Below, piece by piece: positions 36,811-50,277 of a stretch of DNA of 64,000 nt (positions are counted from its first letter, which is position 1; the number at the start of each line of letters is the position of its first letter). The stretch spans positions 41,356,001 to 41,420,000 of the forward strand of contig NC_087436.1 in assembly GCF_036321535.1 (NCBI RefSeq), in the 5' to 3' direction. The notes under the pieces are model-generated. The model saw only the letters and a program-made list of their open reading frames with translations. It searched no databases and was not told where the DNA came from. The DNA is from Camelus dromedarius (Eukaryota). The position numbers and the translations under genes are program-made.

Positions 36811-37379
36811 TGTATTACCTAGATTATAATGCTTTAAGTCCATGATGACTTGACTGATGAATCCTTGCCTCTTCTCTGCTACCAAACATGGTCCCAAATG
36901 ATTTTTGAGGATCTATAAAAGGGAGCATTTGCCATATTAAGCATTGAAGGTAACATCAGTTGAAACGTCCTTTCTGTCAAGAACTGATTTATCTCAATTG
37001 TCTTCCTCTCCTATTCTGGCATTTCTATCTAATTTCATGAAATTCCTCTTAAGTTACTGAAGTTTAGTGAGTATTTACACTACTTCTATTCCCCAGCATG
37101 AGGATTTTATTACTTACTCTAAGTATTTAGTTTCCTGTTACCCCCAAAGATATTTTCTATTGCTCCCAAACAACAATGGATTCTGTCAGGTAAAGGTTTA
37201 GTGATAGCTGCTCCCTTGTTGAGCTTTGGTATCTTAGTCTCAGATCTGCATTGTTTGTAAACATATAAAGTGTCATCTAATATTTGCCCTAATATAATAT
37301 AATCAAATATTTAATTTAAAATGCTTTCAATTCCACATAACAGAAATACCCAGCTCAAAACAGTTTAAAAATTTGAAGT

Positions 37380-38960
37380 GCAACGTTTGTGTGAGGAATT
37401 CTAAACATAGAAAACTCATATTTTGATAAATAAAAAGGCTGCTTATTAAGTTATTTTCTTAGTAACTAGCAATTACCAGACACACACACAGATGAATATT
37501 TCAGTAAAGATTATAGGCAACCTAATATAAATCATACAACCTATTATTTTGAGTCTAAATAAAGATAGATATTAAAACACCATATCTATATTCCCTCTAA
37601 AATAATATTAAACATATATAATGCAACACTTTGATAAAGTTAAGAGAATATAAACAAATACACAAATACAGTCAGAAAACTTAACTCTTTTCTTAATAGA
37701 AAATGAAAAAAGTTAAGAAGTATAAAATTTATTCAAACCCAAAAAATAATAAAGGCATAAATAATACATGAAATTAAATTAATGAAATATGGATGAAAAA
37801 ATATCACGAGACAGACTCCCACATACGGAGTCAACATATTTATGACATAATCAATACTGCTGTGCCCTGAGAAAGTGATGGTCTTTTCAATAATTAGTGC
37901 TGGGTCAATTAGATCCTTCAGGAGGGAGATTGGATTCCTAAATCACAATATTCATAAATGTCAATTTTAGTGGAATTGTGAATATAAATATGACAGATAA
38001 AGCAATAAACTTTCAGAAGCAAACATATGAGAGTATCTTTATGACAGGTGGTAAACAAAGGTTTCTCAAATAGGGCACAAAAAGCTTTAACCATAAAAGG
38101 GAAAATTATAATAGTAACTATATTAATGATTAGATCTTCTGGTTATCAAAATATTCCATTGATAGAGTGAAAAAAACAACTCACAGTGAGAGAAGATATT
38201 TGCAAAACAGGTATCTGGCAAAGGACTTATATGGGCAATGTACCAAGAACTCCTAAACATTAATGACATAAAGCTACCCTGTTCAGTAGCCAAAAAAAGC
38301 TTAAAAACATAACAGGTACTTCACACAGAGAGGCTATCTAAATAACCAAAAGATACACAGAAGTGCACTTAATTTAGTCATTAAGGAGACAGAAAGGAAA
38401 ACCACGATGAAATACAACAACACACTTGTCAGAATGACTAATAACATTACTGGGAATGTAGAATGTCTTCATGTCTCAGACACAGGTGGTTGCAGAATAA
38501 AGAGACAATATCATTTACTAATATGCTGTGAACCAGCAATTCTATTCCTAGTTATATCTTCAGCAGAAATACATACATATATCCAACTAAAATCAATTGT
38601 TAAAAAGATTCATAGCATCAGTATTCAGAATTGAAAAAAAATGAGAATGTGCAAAACACTACTCCATAAGTGATATGGATGTTACCTACAAACATAGTGT
38701 TAAAAAAGAAACCAGATGCAAAGTACATGAACTGTTCAATATCACTCAACTAAAGTCCTCAAACAGCAAATCTAATCTATAATGTAGAAGTCTGGATAGT
38801 GGTTATCTTGGGAGACATAAATGGAAAAATACAAGGAATTTCTGGAGTTCTGGTGATGTTGATTTATTGATTTGCTTGTTTTGTTTGGACTGTAAAAATC
38901 CATCCTGCTGTATACTTATGATTTCTGCATTTTACTTTCATATAAAATTTACATAAAACA
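37380..38960 (+). mobile_element. Old L1ME/MD-type 3' region
   Basis: ggtcttttcaataattagtgctgggtcaatt, gagagaagatatttgcaaaac, aaccagcaattctattcctag, gtctggatagtggttatcttggg. Confidence 0.85.
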
Positions 38961-40682
38961 TCACAGTATATTAAAGGTGACTAAATTATAAAGTGATGTT
39001 ATTAGTGGCTTCTATATATGCTTTTTAGGTATAGCCACAATATTTAAAAATTGTTACTAAAATCATATATAATTCAATACAGAGAAAATAACTTAAGAAA
39101 AATATCTTCAGATATTTTAATCCAGATGTTCTATAGCTGATACTATTGTGTTACCAATGTGTTTGTGATATGTTAGTTTGTATTTCCATATTAGCCTCAA
39201 TTTATTCTACCAAGCCACAAAATAAGCCAATCAGTGTCAAAAGGGATTATCTCTGAATGGGTTTTGCCATTTAACAAACAATTAAAACAGGACCAAAAAA
39301 AAAAAAAACTGTTTCTAAATCAGAGACCCAAATTTAGACTTCAGTACACGCAAGTTTAAGCTGAAGTATGAGTGAAATACAAAGAACATTGTTACACTGA
39401 CATGAAAAAAAGTAAGTTTAAGATATCTCATGATTTAAAATAATTGATGATGATTATTTCAGGAATTGAAGTGAAAGAAAAATTGCTAGAAGGAGAAATA
39501 TGAAAAAGTAAAATTATAAAAATGAAATGCAACAGTCAGCCCATATGCCTAACTAGTCTATGGGGAATGAGTTTCTTAAATGTAACTAGGGAAGTGTGAA
39601 AAATATGCAGACTATTCTATATCACATGAACAAGAAATCTGAAAACAAACCAGAAATCTGTATCAGAAGGATGCAAAGTGATAATCCTATAGAACTTAGA
39701 AAAGAAAAATAGAGAGTTCTTGATAAAATAGGAATGTTAAGGCTTGAGAAAAGAGAGCACATCAGAGTGATAAAATTAGTAAAATAATCACACAAAGAAT
39801 GGAAATACAGTTGAGAATAAAATCATAGATATGTCATCAAATATGCCAAATAGAATGAAGGACATCAGAATAGAATACTTCAATGATGCCTTTACTATAG
39901 CAATATCTCTCAACTATGACCTGTACAAAGACGAATGCATTTAAAATGTCTTAATAAAAACCCCAAATGCCACTCAAACATTGATATGAAAATTTATAGT
40001 ATAATTTTGGTTGAAACTAAGATAAGAAATGATGACAGTGAGAATGAAGACAGACATATTTCCTTGCTTGGAGTATATTTATATCAATCAGCAGTTGGAC
40101 TTATTAATTCAATAATTGTTGAAAAGGTTGTGTTTAAAATCTATAGAGCTACTGATTGATAGATATATTTCACTCTTTTTTTAAGGAGTTTTTCACATGA
40201 CATCTAAGATGAGATTTCCCATTCAATTAAACTTGATGCTCTATATGTTAAATTTTTATTACATTTAAACAAAATAAGAATTATAGTTCAAAGGAAAAGT
40301 GGATTTTATTGTATTAGATAGATTTAGAGAGTGGACAGATTCTATCCCTGAATGTCAGAAATGTTAAACACCAACATAGTGCAGGTTTCCACTGCAAGTG
40401 TGTTAAACAGATTGTTGAATATATTTAAATATATTAATGAGGGTATTAGTAACGAGTCCTTCATAAGGTATGGTTAAATTCCCATTTGAACATATTTATA
40501 TTTTTAACAGAGTAGGTTTATAAACCTAGTCTTTTACTAAAGATGTCTATTAGAAAATTATAGTAGTGTAATATAATATCCAATACTTTGTAGTAATACA
40601 TTTATATTTCATTTATGTGTGTATAAAAATCTCTTTCTCCCTCTTTTTCTCTGTCTCTCTCCCTCTATTTCTCATATATTTT

Positions 40683-40732
40683 ATCAGGGCACTGTGGCCC
40701 AGTCAAGTTGACACATAAAATTAACCGTCACA
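40683..40732 (-). mobile_element. MLT2 terminal fragment
   Basis: gggcactgtggcccagtcaagttgacacataaaattaaccgtcaca is the reverse complement of the MLT2 5' end. Confidence 0.8.
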
Positions 40733-41237
40733 CTAATAGAATCATTGAAAGGCAGAAGAGCAGTGGCCGATACAGCCTGTTGGGTGGGCAACTAGTAGAA
40801 AATTTTGAAGTTAATAAATAATTTAGGTGTTTTTTTTTGAGGTTTGCCATGAGCACCTTTCTCTGCTACTCCTGTGTAATAATAAGAAATAGCCACTTTA
40901 TCCACTAATACATTTGAGTGTGATGAAAAATCTAATCAGAAAACATGTTATTTTTCTATCATGTCAGGCTGTGTGGAAAGTGTGACAGCTCTAGCAGTCC
41001 ATTAAAATCCTCCATAATAATAAGTGTGTAGCTGATCTTGGCTGCCCAGCTGGAATACATATCCTAGGTTCTCATCGATAGGTATGCCCATGTGTCTAGG
41101 TTCTTATGTAGGATGTAAACCACTTGTAACTACCAGCTTTAAGAAAAGATGTATGGTTACTTCATGCTCTCTTTCCCTCTGCAACAATAATCTGGTACAT
41201 GTGAATCAGTTTCAGCTATACAGATGACACCAATGCC

Positions 41238-42516
41238 CTCAAACTTTTTGGTTCCATTCACCCTAAAAAATCACTGAGGGCTTCAAGAGCTACTGTGTTT
41301 GTGGATCATATTTATCAGTACCTGCAGGATTAGAAAACAAAACAGATTCATTTGCAATAACAATAAATTTGTCACATGCTGATGTAAATAGCACATTTTT
41401 ATGAAGAACAATTATCTTTCCAAACAAATAATTAGTGAGAAAAATGACATTTTACATATAAAAATTTTCATTAATATCTGGCTTAAGAGAAGGAATTTGA
41501 ATTCTCATTCTTTCTTCAACTTATGGCAATATGGCAATATTGCTTTGGTCAAATATACGAAGAAAATTCAGTCTCACGTAGATACGTAGTTGGACAAATA
41601 GACGTATTTTAATAGTTTTTTTGATACCTGTGAATATTTTTGATAGTCCATAAAAACTTGACAAGTTCTAGTTTGTTAAAAATTACTCATGATATGAAAT
41701 TAGAAACTATGTCAATTTAACTTCTTCCACTCTGTTACATTACACTTCATATAGCAATGATTTTGATACATTGTACAGTGATCTTTGGAAAATTTTGGTT
41801 TAGTGGCTTATGTAGATCTTCCAAATGTTGACACATTTCCTTAGGTAGTACCAACTATTCACATTTGTTAATATCTCCACCAATCTCATCGGAAAAGCAT
41901 TTAAGAAAGAGATCAGGTTCACAGAGTCAGATAAGGGTTTTCCAAAAAAAGTTGTTTTTTTGTTTTTTGTTTTTTTTTTGCTTGGAAGCTCTATTATTCA
42001 TTAACAAGTAGTGTCATTTTCCTTGAAAATGTTAATTAAAAAATGCTATATATCAAATAACCCAGGCTGTACGTAAGTTTATTTATCAACTGTTTTTTTT
42101 CAAGTACTGTTGGTGTTCTATATCCAAAAAATACCAGTAGAAAAAACACACAAGCATAAACACAAAAATAATATAGAGAAAAACATCATATTTTTCAGTA
42201 ATTAGCAGAATTTATTTATATGTATTTATCATTTTGTCACATAAAATATTAAAAGATGTGTACCTTATGAGAAAGATTTGATAAAATTAATACTTTACTG
42301 CTATGTCAAGACAATTATTATGCAACACTACACATTTAAAAATTTGTTGTAATTGCATGGCAGTGAAGATTACAATACCTATGTACAAATAGAAACACAG
42401 GATAAAAAGCTTAAAAAGTATTTTAGTAGTACTCTGAAAATTATTTTGACCTTGAAGTCTCCTGAAAATGTCTCGGAAACCCCAGGATCCTATACACCAC
42501 ACATTGAGAACCTCTG
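41238..42516. mobile_element. hAT-Charlie DNA transposon, Charlie1a-like
   Basis: ctcaaactttttggt...aaaaatcactgagggcttcaagagct...tttgtggatcatatttatc at the left end; ccccaggatcc...accacacattgagaacctctg at the right end; internal cttccaaatgttgacacatttc. Confidence 0.8.
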
Positions 42517-42609
42517 CCCTCAAGGGTGTTAGAAACCCAAAATAAAAGAAATCTGATTTCATTAAACTAAGACTGTTGGATGAGAGAAAAATTAAAATTT
42601 TGTTAGCAG

Positions 42610-42792
42610 TAAAAACTACTATATAAAAAGTTGATGAACAACAAGATCCTACTGTATAGCACAGAGAACTATATTCAGTATCCTTTTATAACCTATAATG
42701 AAAAACTATGTATATGTATAACTGAATCACAATGCTGTACATCAGAAACTAACACAACATTGTAAATCAACTGTATGTCAATTTAAAAAAAA
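42610..42792 (+). mobile_element. Short 5'-truncated L1 3' end (same type as 31946-33232)
   Basis: aacaacaagatcctactgtatagcacagagaactatattcagtatc...acattgtaaatcaact followed by an A tail. Confidence 0.9.
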
Positions 42793-43595
42793 TGTTCATT
42801 CACATACTTATTCACAGAGCTTTTTTTTTTTGTTTTGTTTTCTGTTTGTTTTTTAGTAGTTATTCCTTCACTCTAACAGATATTGATTGACCTCACAAGT
42901 CAGCTAGTGTGACAGAAAGTATTTGGAATTGGCTGAGAAGTTGACAGCAAGGAAAAACCTATTGCAAACTATAATTAGACGTCTAGACTTGATTAGCCTT
43001 TTTATCTCTAGGGAAGGTATCTAGAAAAGAGTTGGGAGTAATTGTTTGCTTCTTCTTTCTTTAAATAAATTAACAAAAGAAAGAAGCTCACGTAAAAAGT
43101 TGCCAGTTAGTAAGCAGTAATAGAAGGAAAAAAATGAGAGATATGGGACACTACAGACAGTTTCAGAAAACCAAATGTTCCTGTATGCAAAGTGGCAGGA
43201 TATATGGCTGTTCCTACGGATTTTCTTAAAGGCCTGCTAGGACTACTAACTCAAAAAAAAAAGAGAAGTTCCTCTGTGCCAAATATCATATAAGAATGTA
43301 CCTTCCCACAGACAGTTTATTGTCTTAAACGACATACAGTAGCTTCTACTTAATGAGAAAGAAGTGCATGGTGCAAAGTAGAAACCAAAAAAATAAAGTA
43401 AGCTTGAGTATTACATCTACCACTAGCACATTAGTGCTGACTAAGCAGAAGCCTGCTAAGTTTTGGAAACAGTATGTTAAAGAGATAATAAGCCTGGCCT
43501 GTGTAGCCTTCCCTAAAGTCCATGACAGAAGACAGAGATGATTAAATATTATTTATCCTCACAAGGGACAAAGGCACAGTTCATATATAAGGGAA

Positions 43596-43918
43596 GTTAT
43601 GGACTGAATATTTGTGTCTCACCGAATTCATATGTTAAAATCCTAATCTCCAATGTGGATAGTATTAGGAGGTGGGTCAAGGGGAAGTAATTAGGTCATA
43701 ATTACTCATGAATGAGCTTAGTGCTCCTATAACAGAGACCCCCAGAGAGCTTTCTCATCCTTTCCATCACATTAGGGCACAGAGAGAAGATGGTTATCTG
43801 TGAACCAGAAGCAGATCCTCAGCACTTTGCAGCCTCCAGAACTGTGAGAAATAAATGTTTATTCTTGAAACCACCCATTCTGTGGTATTTTTATTATAGA
43901 AGTTCTAATGTACTATGA
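43596..43918 (+). mobile_element. MaLR LTR, MLT1A-like
   Basis: gttatggactgaatatttgtgtc...aattcatatgttaaaatcctaa...gcctccagaactgtgagaaataaatgttt. Confidence 0.9.
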
Positions 43919-44362
43919 TGAAGGATAATGAAATTTTACCAAACAGCAGAACCAGGGGTGGCTAAATGGACTAAGGAAAGAATTTATCTTACTGCTATGG
44001 TAGAAAGTTTAATAATTCCTGCACAGATGAATTTTATAATTGCTATCAATTAATAACTGTTTCCCAGTCTTCCTATTTTTAATTGGCTGTTTTTACTAAA
44101 GTTGTAGACACACTGTATATTGGGAGGAACAACTAGTTTGGGGCTATTATGTATTGAAAGTAGGTTAAATTTGGGGAGGATCATGAGAAGCCATGTCTAA
44201 ACTGATACAAAGCTTTGTACATCATCCAAATATTTGAAGTTTGAAGTGAATACAGTAACTATATGAGATTTTGGTTTTCTCACTTTAGGAGGGAGTAAAT
44301 GTATTCTATCCATGGAAAGTAGGATGATCAGAGAGACGGACTACGGTAAGACCAATAGCATT

Positions 44363-44379
44363 ACACACACACACACACA

Positions 44380-44442
<63 letters not shown>
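44363..44442. repeat. Compound (AC)n(TC)n(AC)n microsatellite
   Basis: Directly visible. Confidence 0.95.
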
Positions 44443-44444
<2 letters not shown>

Positions 44445-47400
44445 TTTATTTTTTCTCTTCTTCTTTGGAATTTTCATTGTTGGGGTACAAAGCTTTCCAG
44501 GAATACTGTTACCTACTTTCTTCTCTGTTGTATTTGGTCAGTAGAATGTGGCTAGAAGTAATGTGTGCTAGTTACATCTCAAAATCTTGTCATTGATTTA
44601 CTTCCCTCTTTTCCTTCACCCAACCAGCAGAATTGTATATAGAACAGTGTGATTTTTTGACAAGCCTGACAACAATAATGCCTTAGATGATGGGGTAGCC
44701 ATGCAATGAAAGAAACTTGAGTCTTTGAGAGTGAACTTAGAGTAGAGATGCATGCAGACTTGGATCATTCACATGATCAGCTACATGGAGATAAATAGTT
44801 TCTATTTAATAAGCCTATAAATTTGAAGGAGTCTTTGTTATAGTAGCTTAGCTTTTGTTCCAGTTATTGAAGGGTGTTATAAATATAACATTTGAGATTG
44901 CAGAAGCCAGAGTCAGAGAAATATAAAATTCAAGACTCAGGGAATTTGTAGAAGTCTTTGAAAAGCTTAAGAATTGAACACTATAAAATCCAAGGTTAAT
45001 GTTGGACCAGACCTAGGTATAAAGAGTAAGAATTCCTTAGTGATAAATGTGTCTCACAAGTAAAACACCGTATTATCTTTTTATCTTCCTATTCAAACAC
45101 GGGGTGGAATTGGATGAGGAACAGATATTAAGTTATGTTTAGCAACAGTATGAAATCCAAAAATGAAGTGAAAGTTGGTGATACCACTGGCTCTGTTATT
45201 TGGTAAAATAAATAATGAACTTACATTTTTAAACATCTCTTAAAGTTATGCTAAAATTCAGTATTAAATCAAAATGTGAAGGTTTCTGACACCCCATTTT
45301 CAGTCATACATGTATATTATTCCTACCTAGATTTCCAAAACATAGAAAAAAATATGCTACTGCCAAATATGTTATTAGTTATATGCTTCAGAGTGTTAAA
45401 GAACTTAACCGTAAATTTTGAGCTGAAGATTGTACTTAAACTAACTGAGGGAAGCTAATTTTTTTCATACTTCTCTACATGTTAAAAAAAAAGACAGAAC
45501 AACCCAAATCTTCACTAATCTAATGCTGGCATGTTGACTTCATAATTCCAATAAACATTTTTTTAAAATTTTTATACTCAAAATTTTCTGTAAAATTATA
45601 TATAATCTTTATCAGGGAAAAAAAATAACACATATAGAACCCATGACATTGTTTTATTGCTGCATTAAGTGTGCTTAAAGAGTCTATTTTTGAGTAACAA
45701 GGTCCTATCTAGAATTTATGTTAAATACAAGATCTGTACCTCATTTCTCCTAGATACTAAAGCAGTGATTGCTGGGGAGATTTTGTTTTTTGTTTTTTGT
45801 AAAGAAAGAAGGCAATATTGATAAGATGTGTTAGAGGATGAGGTGAGTAGGGTGCCTAAAACAAAAAGAAGCCTGAAGTTGGGAGGTATTCAGAAAGAAC
45901 AAAGAAGGACTTTGGACCATGTTCTTACTACTTAATGTCATGGAGAAAACAAAGGAAGTTTAAATTCTCAAAGTGCATATTCCATTTTAAAAGATTTTTT
46001 AAAAAATTGAATCTTCTGGCTCCTACATGAACAAATTCCTCCTCAAGTAAAACTCTGTATAAAATAAATTGTGCTAGAACACTTTGGTATAAGGTGTTGT
46101 GACAATCCTGTAAATCGTAGAAAACACAAGTATAAAATCATTATTTTTTATTTGCTTCATAGAGCACATTTAGAGTATGTTACTGTGTATGATATATGTA
46201 AAAGTGTTACAGATCTTTTTTTGGGGGGAGGGTCTTTTGGTTGCTTAGTAACAGAGGAATAGGAGTGCTAAAAATAGGTCACCATTAAGTTAGGAATTTT
46301 CTTGTTTTTTTATATCAGGAAAAATTGTTTGAGGATAGTAATAGATATAAATCATAGATATGTTATGCATCACTCTGAGACAGCCGAAGCTCTGTGAGTG
46401 TTACCATTTTTTTCTATCATTCGTCAATCTTTTTTCTCCCTTCTGGGGAGATACTAAACATAAAGTAAGCCGTTTCTCTTATGCTTCCATAAATGTTAAC
46501 AATTTTTCTTAATAGCCTGTGAGAACTTCAAATTATATATGAAATGAAATAACACTCATTGAGCATTTAGAGGTACTGCCAGTGTTTATTGCAAAAATAA
46601 TCACTACTCTGGGAGTTTCAAACTCAAATGAGTCATTCTTTTTCTGCAAACAAAATGAAATATAAAAGGCATTACTTCATTAAAGTTTTGATTTTATGTT
46701 TATCGTAAATAGAGGTATTTAGGACATTTAATTTAGACTGATTTAAGTAATCACTTTGCAGGTGTGCTACATTAATTATAATCACATTAGTTTAGTAATA
46801 TTCTAATTATGTTTTTGTTTGCAGAACACAGTTTAGCCTGAAATCATTGAGGATTTCTTTTCTTAGATCTTAGAAGACACAGAAGCATTATAATGATTTA
46901 TTTTCCATACTGAAAAAGCATGGCTTTGAATTCTGCTTCCAGATATTCAGATAATTTTTATTAACTGTGAACAAAATATATTTTAAAAAATCCAAATATC
47001 GAAAGGCAATGGAGAGCAACTATTAGGAAAACAAAACAAAACTCTAGAAATGAATAGATTCTCAAGGGAAGGGAACTGTATAATAGAATATTTCATTTAT
47101 ATGACTTTCCACATAAAGGCATACCGAACTTTGCACACTAGAGGGCAAATAGAAATCCTGGAATAAGCCCTGCTGCTGCTGATTGCAAAGCTAGGAGCTT
47201 CTAGAGCTGGTTGGTAAATAAGGGGACAGATTCTTGGAAGGAAAGCATCATAAAAGGGAAAGTCCCGCACAGGTTGGGAAGATATCAGACTTTTAAGAGA
47301 AAAGGAGAAGCTGAAAGATTGAAAAACCTGAGCAAAGATTTCAGCTGCTGCCCACCACAGGGAAGGCAATGTTTGGAATTTTAAGGTCAGTAAAGATCAA

Positions 47401-49825
47401 TGTTATATAGAACAAAACCATCAATATGCAAAAGAAAGTAACAGAATAAAACATTTCTAACAGTTTGCCATTTGCAATGTCTAGTCTAAAGTAAAAATGA
47501 GCAAGCAAAAATACTAGGCATGAGAAGAAACATTAAACTATAGTTATGATAAAAAGCATTCAAGAAAAACTGGCCCTGAGTTGGCACATGAATTAGAATT
47601 AGCAGTTAAGAAATTAAAGGAAAATATGGATACAATAAATTAACATGCAGGTATCTGCAGAAGAGAAATGGAAATTATTTTAAAAATATAAGATATCGAA
47701 CAAAATTGTACACTACCTGTAAAATAAAGCCAATGAATAGGATTAACAGTAGATTAGAGATAGCAGAAAAGTGATCAGTAGAAATTGAAGATAATCCATA
47801 AATATCCAGTGTGCATGACAACTTTAAAAAAAAAAGGTTAAGAAAAGAGCATCACTAACATGTGAAACAGTACCAGACATTTCATGTATGAGCCATTTGA
47901 GTTTCAGAGACAACAGGAAAGAAAATAAAATATGTTTTAAAAGGTTGGAAAAGTTCCCAAATTTTGTGAATAACTAAAACTTTCATACATAAGGAGTCCA
48001 GCAACCCAAAGCAAGATAAATGGGAAATAAATAATAAAGTAAACGAGTACAATATATAAAACATAAAAAAGGGAGAACATTTTAGAAGTAGTTAAAAACA
48101 CCACATTACAAATAAAGTAACAATGATACAAAGGATGGCTCAGTTCTCTTACATTGAAAAAAAAAAAGGAAGACAAAAGACAGTGGAATGGAACTGTCAA
48201 AATTCTTAGAGAAAAATATTTCAACAAAAATATATCAATATATCAAAAATATATCAACAATATCAATTCTTAGAGAAAAATATATCAAAAAATATATCAA
48301 CATATATCTCATTTCCATTTACACAAATGTTCAAAATAGAATCAAAATAATGCGATTTTCTTACAATGATATATAAGAGAATTAATCATCACCAAAAACA
48401 GTGTAACATGAAATTCAAAAACAAAACTTCCAGGATGAAATAAAATGACAAAAGATGGACACTTAGATCTATAGAATAAAAAACACAAAAATGATAAATA
48501 ACATACAAAAGGCTAAAATGTTTCCCTTCTGTTATTTAAAAGGTATTTTTTAATTTAAATGAAATATTACCACACTGTGTTGAGGAGTTCATAAAGTATA
48601 TAGATACTTCAGATGTATGTTTCATGACAGCTATAAAATAACCTATGGCTATAAATAGAACTGTACTGAATCATGCTTCTTGTATTTGTAGTGAAAAATA
48701 CTTATTCTCAATTGACTTTGATAGAGGATAAATTTTTTTCCTTACTACAATAAATAGTGTTAAAAAAAAAAACCCTCAAAACTTACTAGAATAATTAAAA
48801 TGCCATACTAACTGTGAAAAAGAGGAAAGAACAGAGGAACAAAAGACCATACCTCTGCTTTTGACTCAGATGGACTAACATGGACTGAATGTACCCTCAC
48901 CTGAAACAACTTAAAGTCAGAAAAATTAAATGAAACAAAATTTAGAGACAATGGGCATCAAGCAAAACAGTACAACCATCTCTAAAAAATAGGAAAGAAA
49001 TGAAGTGAGCCTAGTGGTTACCTCATATTACAGACATGAGAGTATTTCCAGACTGTGGTACAGCAAAGAGAACCCATATTAGCCCAATGGTCTCCCTGAG
49101 TAGAGGAGCTGGAGGTAAAAGTCTAGGGAGATCAAGATGGCTAGATCATTCATAAATGGTACTGGAGGGGAAAGAACTACCAGGGGGAGAATTCCAGAGG
49201 ATCCTTCTTAATTACTTTATAGAGCATATTGATCAGTGCATGCATGGAGGAAAGTAATTGAGGCTGAATAAAGAGCCACATGAAAGCATTAGAGGAGATA
49301 GATTAGATTAAAAAAAAGAGAGAGAGACTAAACTCAATGTTGGCACAGAAAAATATTAAATGATGCTGACAGACATTACTCAAGATAAAGCTGGATTGGC
49401 TCTATCAATTAGACAAACTGGATTGCAGAACAAATTATATAACCAGGGCTTAGGACTTATATATATCGTAATGATAAAAATGTAAATTTATTCAGAAAAT
49501 ATAACACTATCAAGTATTTATGCATCTTCTAACAGTTAAATCATACAAGAAACAAAATATTATGAAACTCCAAGGAAAAATAGACAAATCCACAATTTTT
49601 GACCAATATTTTAATAACTTTTCCCAATAACTGAGATGAAGTAAACATAACATTGATAAGAATATAGAACAACACTACCAACCAACTTGACCTAAATATT
49701 ATTTATAGAAAAATTTACCCAATAATAGTGGAAAGCACATTTTTGAAATGAACCTCAAACACTTTTTAAGATCATATCATAAAATAAGTCTCAGTAAGTT
49801 TGAAAAGAAATAGCTGAAAAATTCC

Positions 49826-50277
49826 TGTATTAGGGTTCTCCAGAGAAAGAACCAGTTGGGGGGAGAGAGAGAGAGAGAATGAATTATTATGAGGTTTATT
49901 ATAAGACTTACTATGAGTAGTGCGCTGACATCATTTATAGAGGCTAGGAAGTCTCACAGACTGTCATCTGCTTAAGACTCAGAGGAGCTGGTGACATAGT
50001 TCTAGTCTGAGTCCAAATGCCTGAGAACCAAGAGACGCAAGGATGCAAGTCTGAGGACAGAAGAAGTAATGCAAAGAGAAGATTCTCCTTTTTTTTCCTC
50101 TATCCAGGCCCTCAGTGAATTAAATGATGCCCACATAATTTGGGAAGGGCAGTCTCCTCTGCTCAATCTACCAGTTCAAATTCTAATCTCATCCAGAGAC
50201 ACCCTCACAGACACACTCAGAAATAATGTTTGCACTCTGTGTCCCAGTCAAATTAACATATGAGAATAACTATCACT
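49826..50277 (-). mobile_element. ERVL LTR, MLT2B/D-like, inserted in L1
   Basis: tgtattagggttctccagagaaa...ccagttcaaattctaatctcatccagagacaccctcacagacacactcagaaataatgttt...cccagtcaaattaacata. Confidence 0.92.

Larger units (their letters stand above)
41025..44865 (+). mobile_element. Probable MaLR element (MLT1J-like LTR - internal region - LTR) with nested insertions
   Basis: Two similar LTR-like segments (aatgccct..agggtgttagaaac, split at 41238/42517; aatgccttagatgatggggtagcc at ~44680) flanking MaLR-internal-like sequence that ends gagagacggac at ~44341. Confidence 0.5.

Noticed and set aside
45805..45842. Strong donor GAG|GTGAGT with short upstream segment
   Set aside because: Acceptor context is poor (AAG) and the region resembles degenerate antisense L2.
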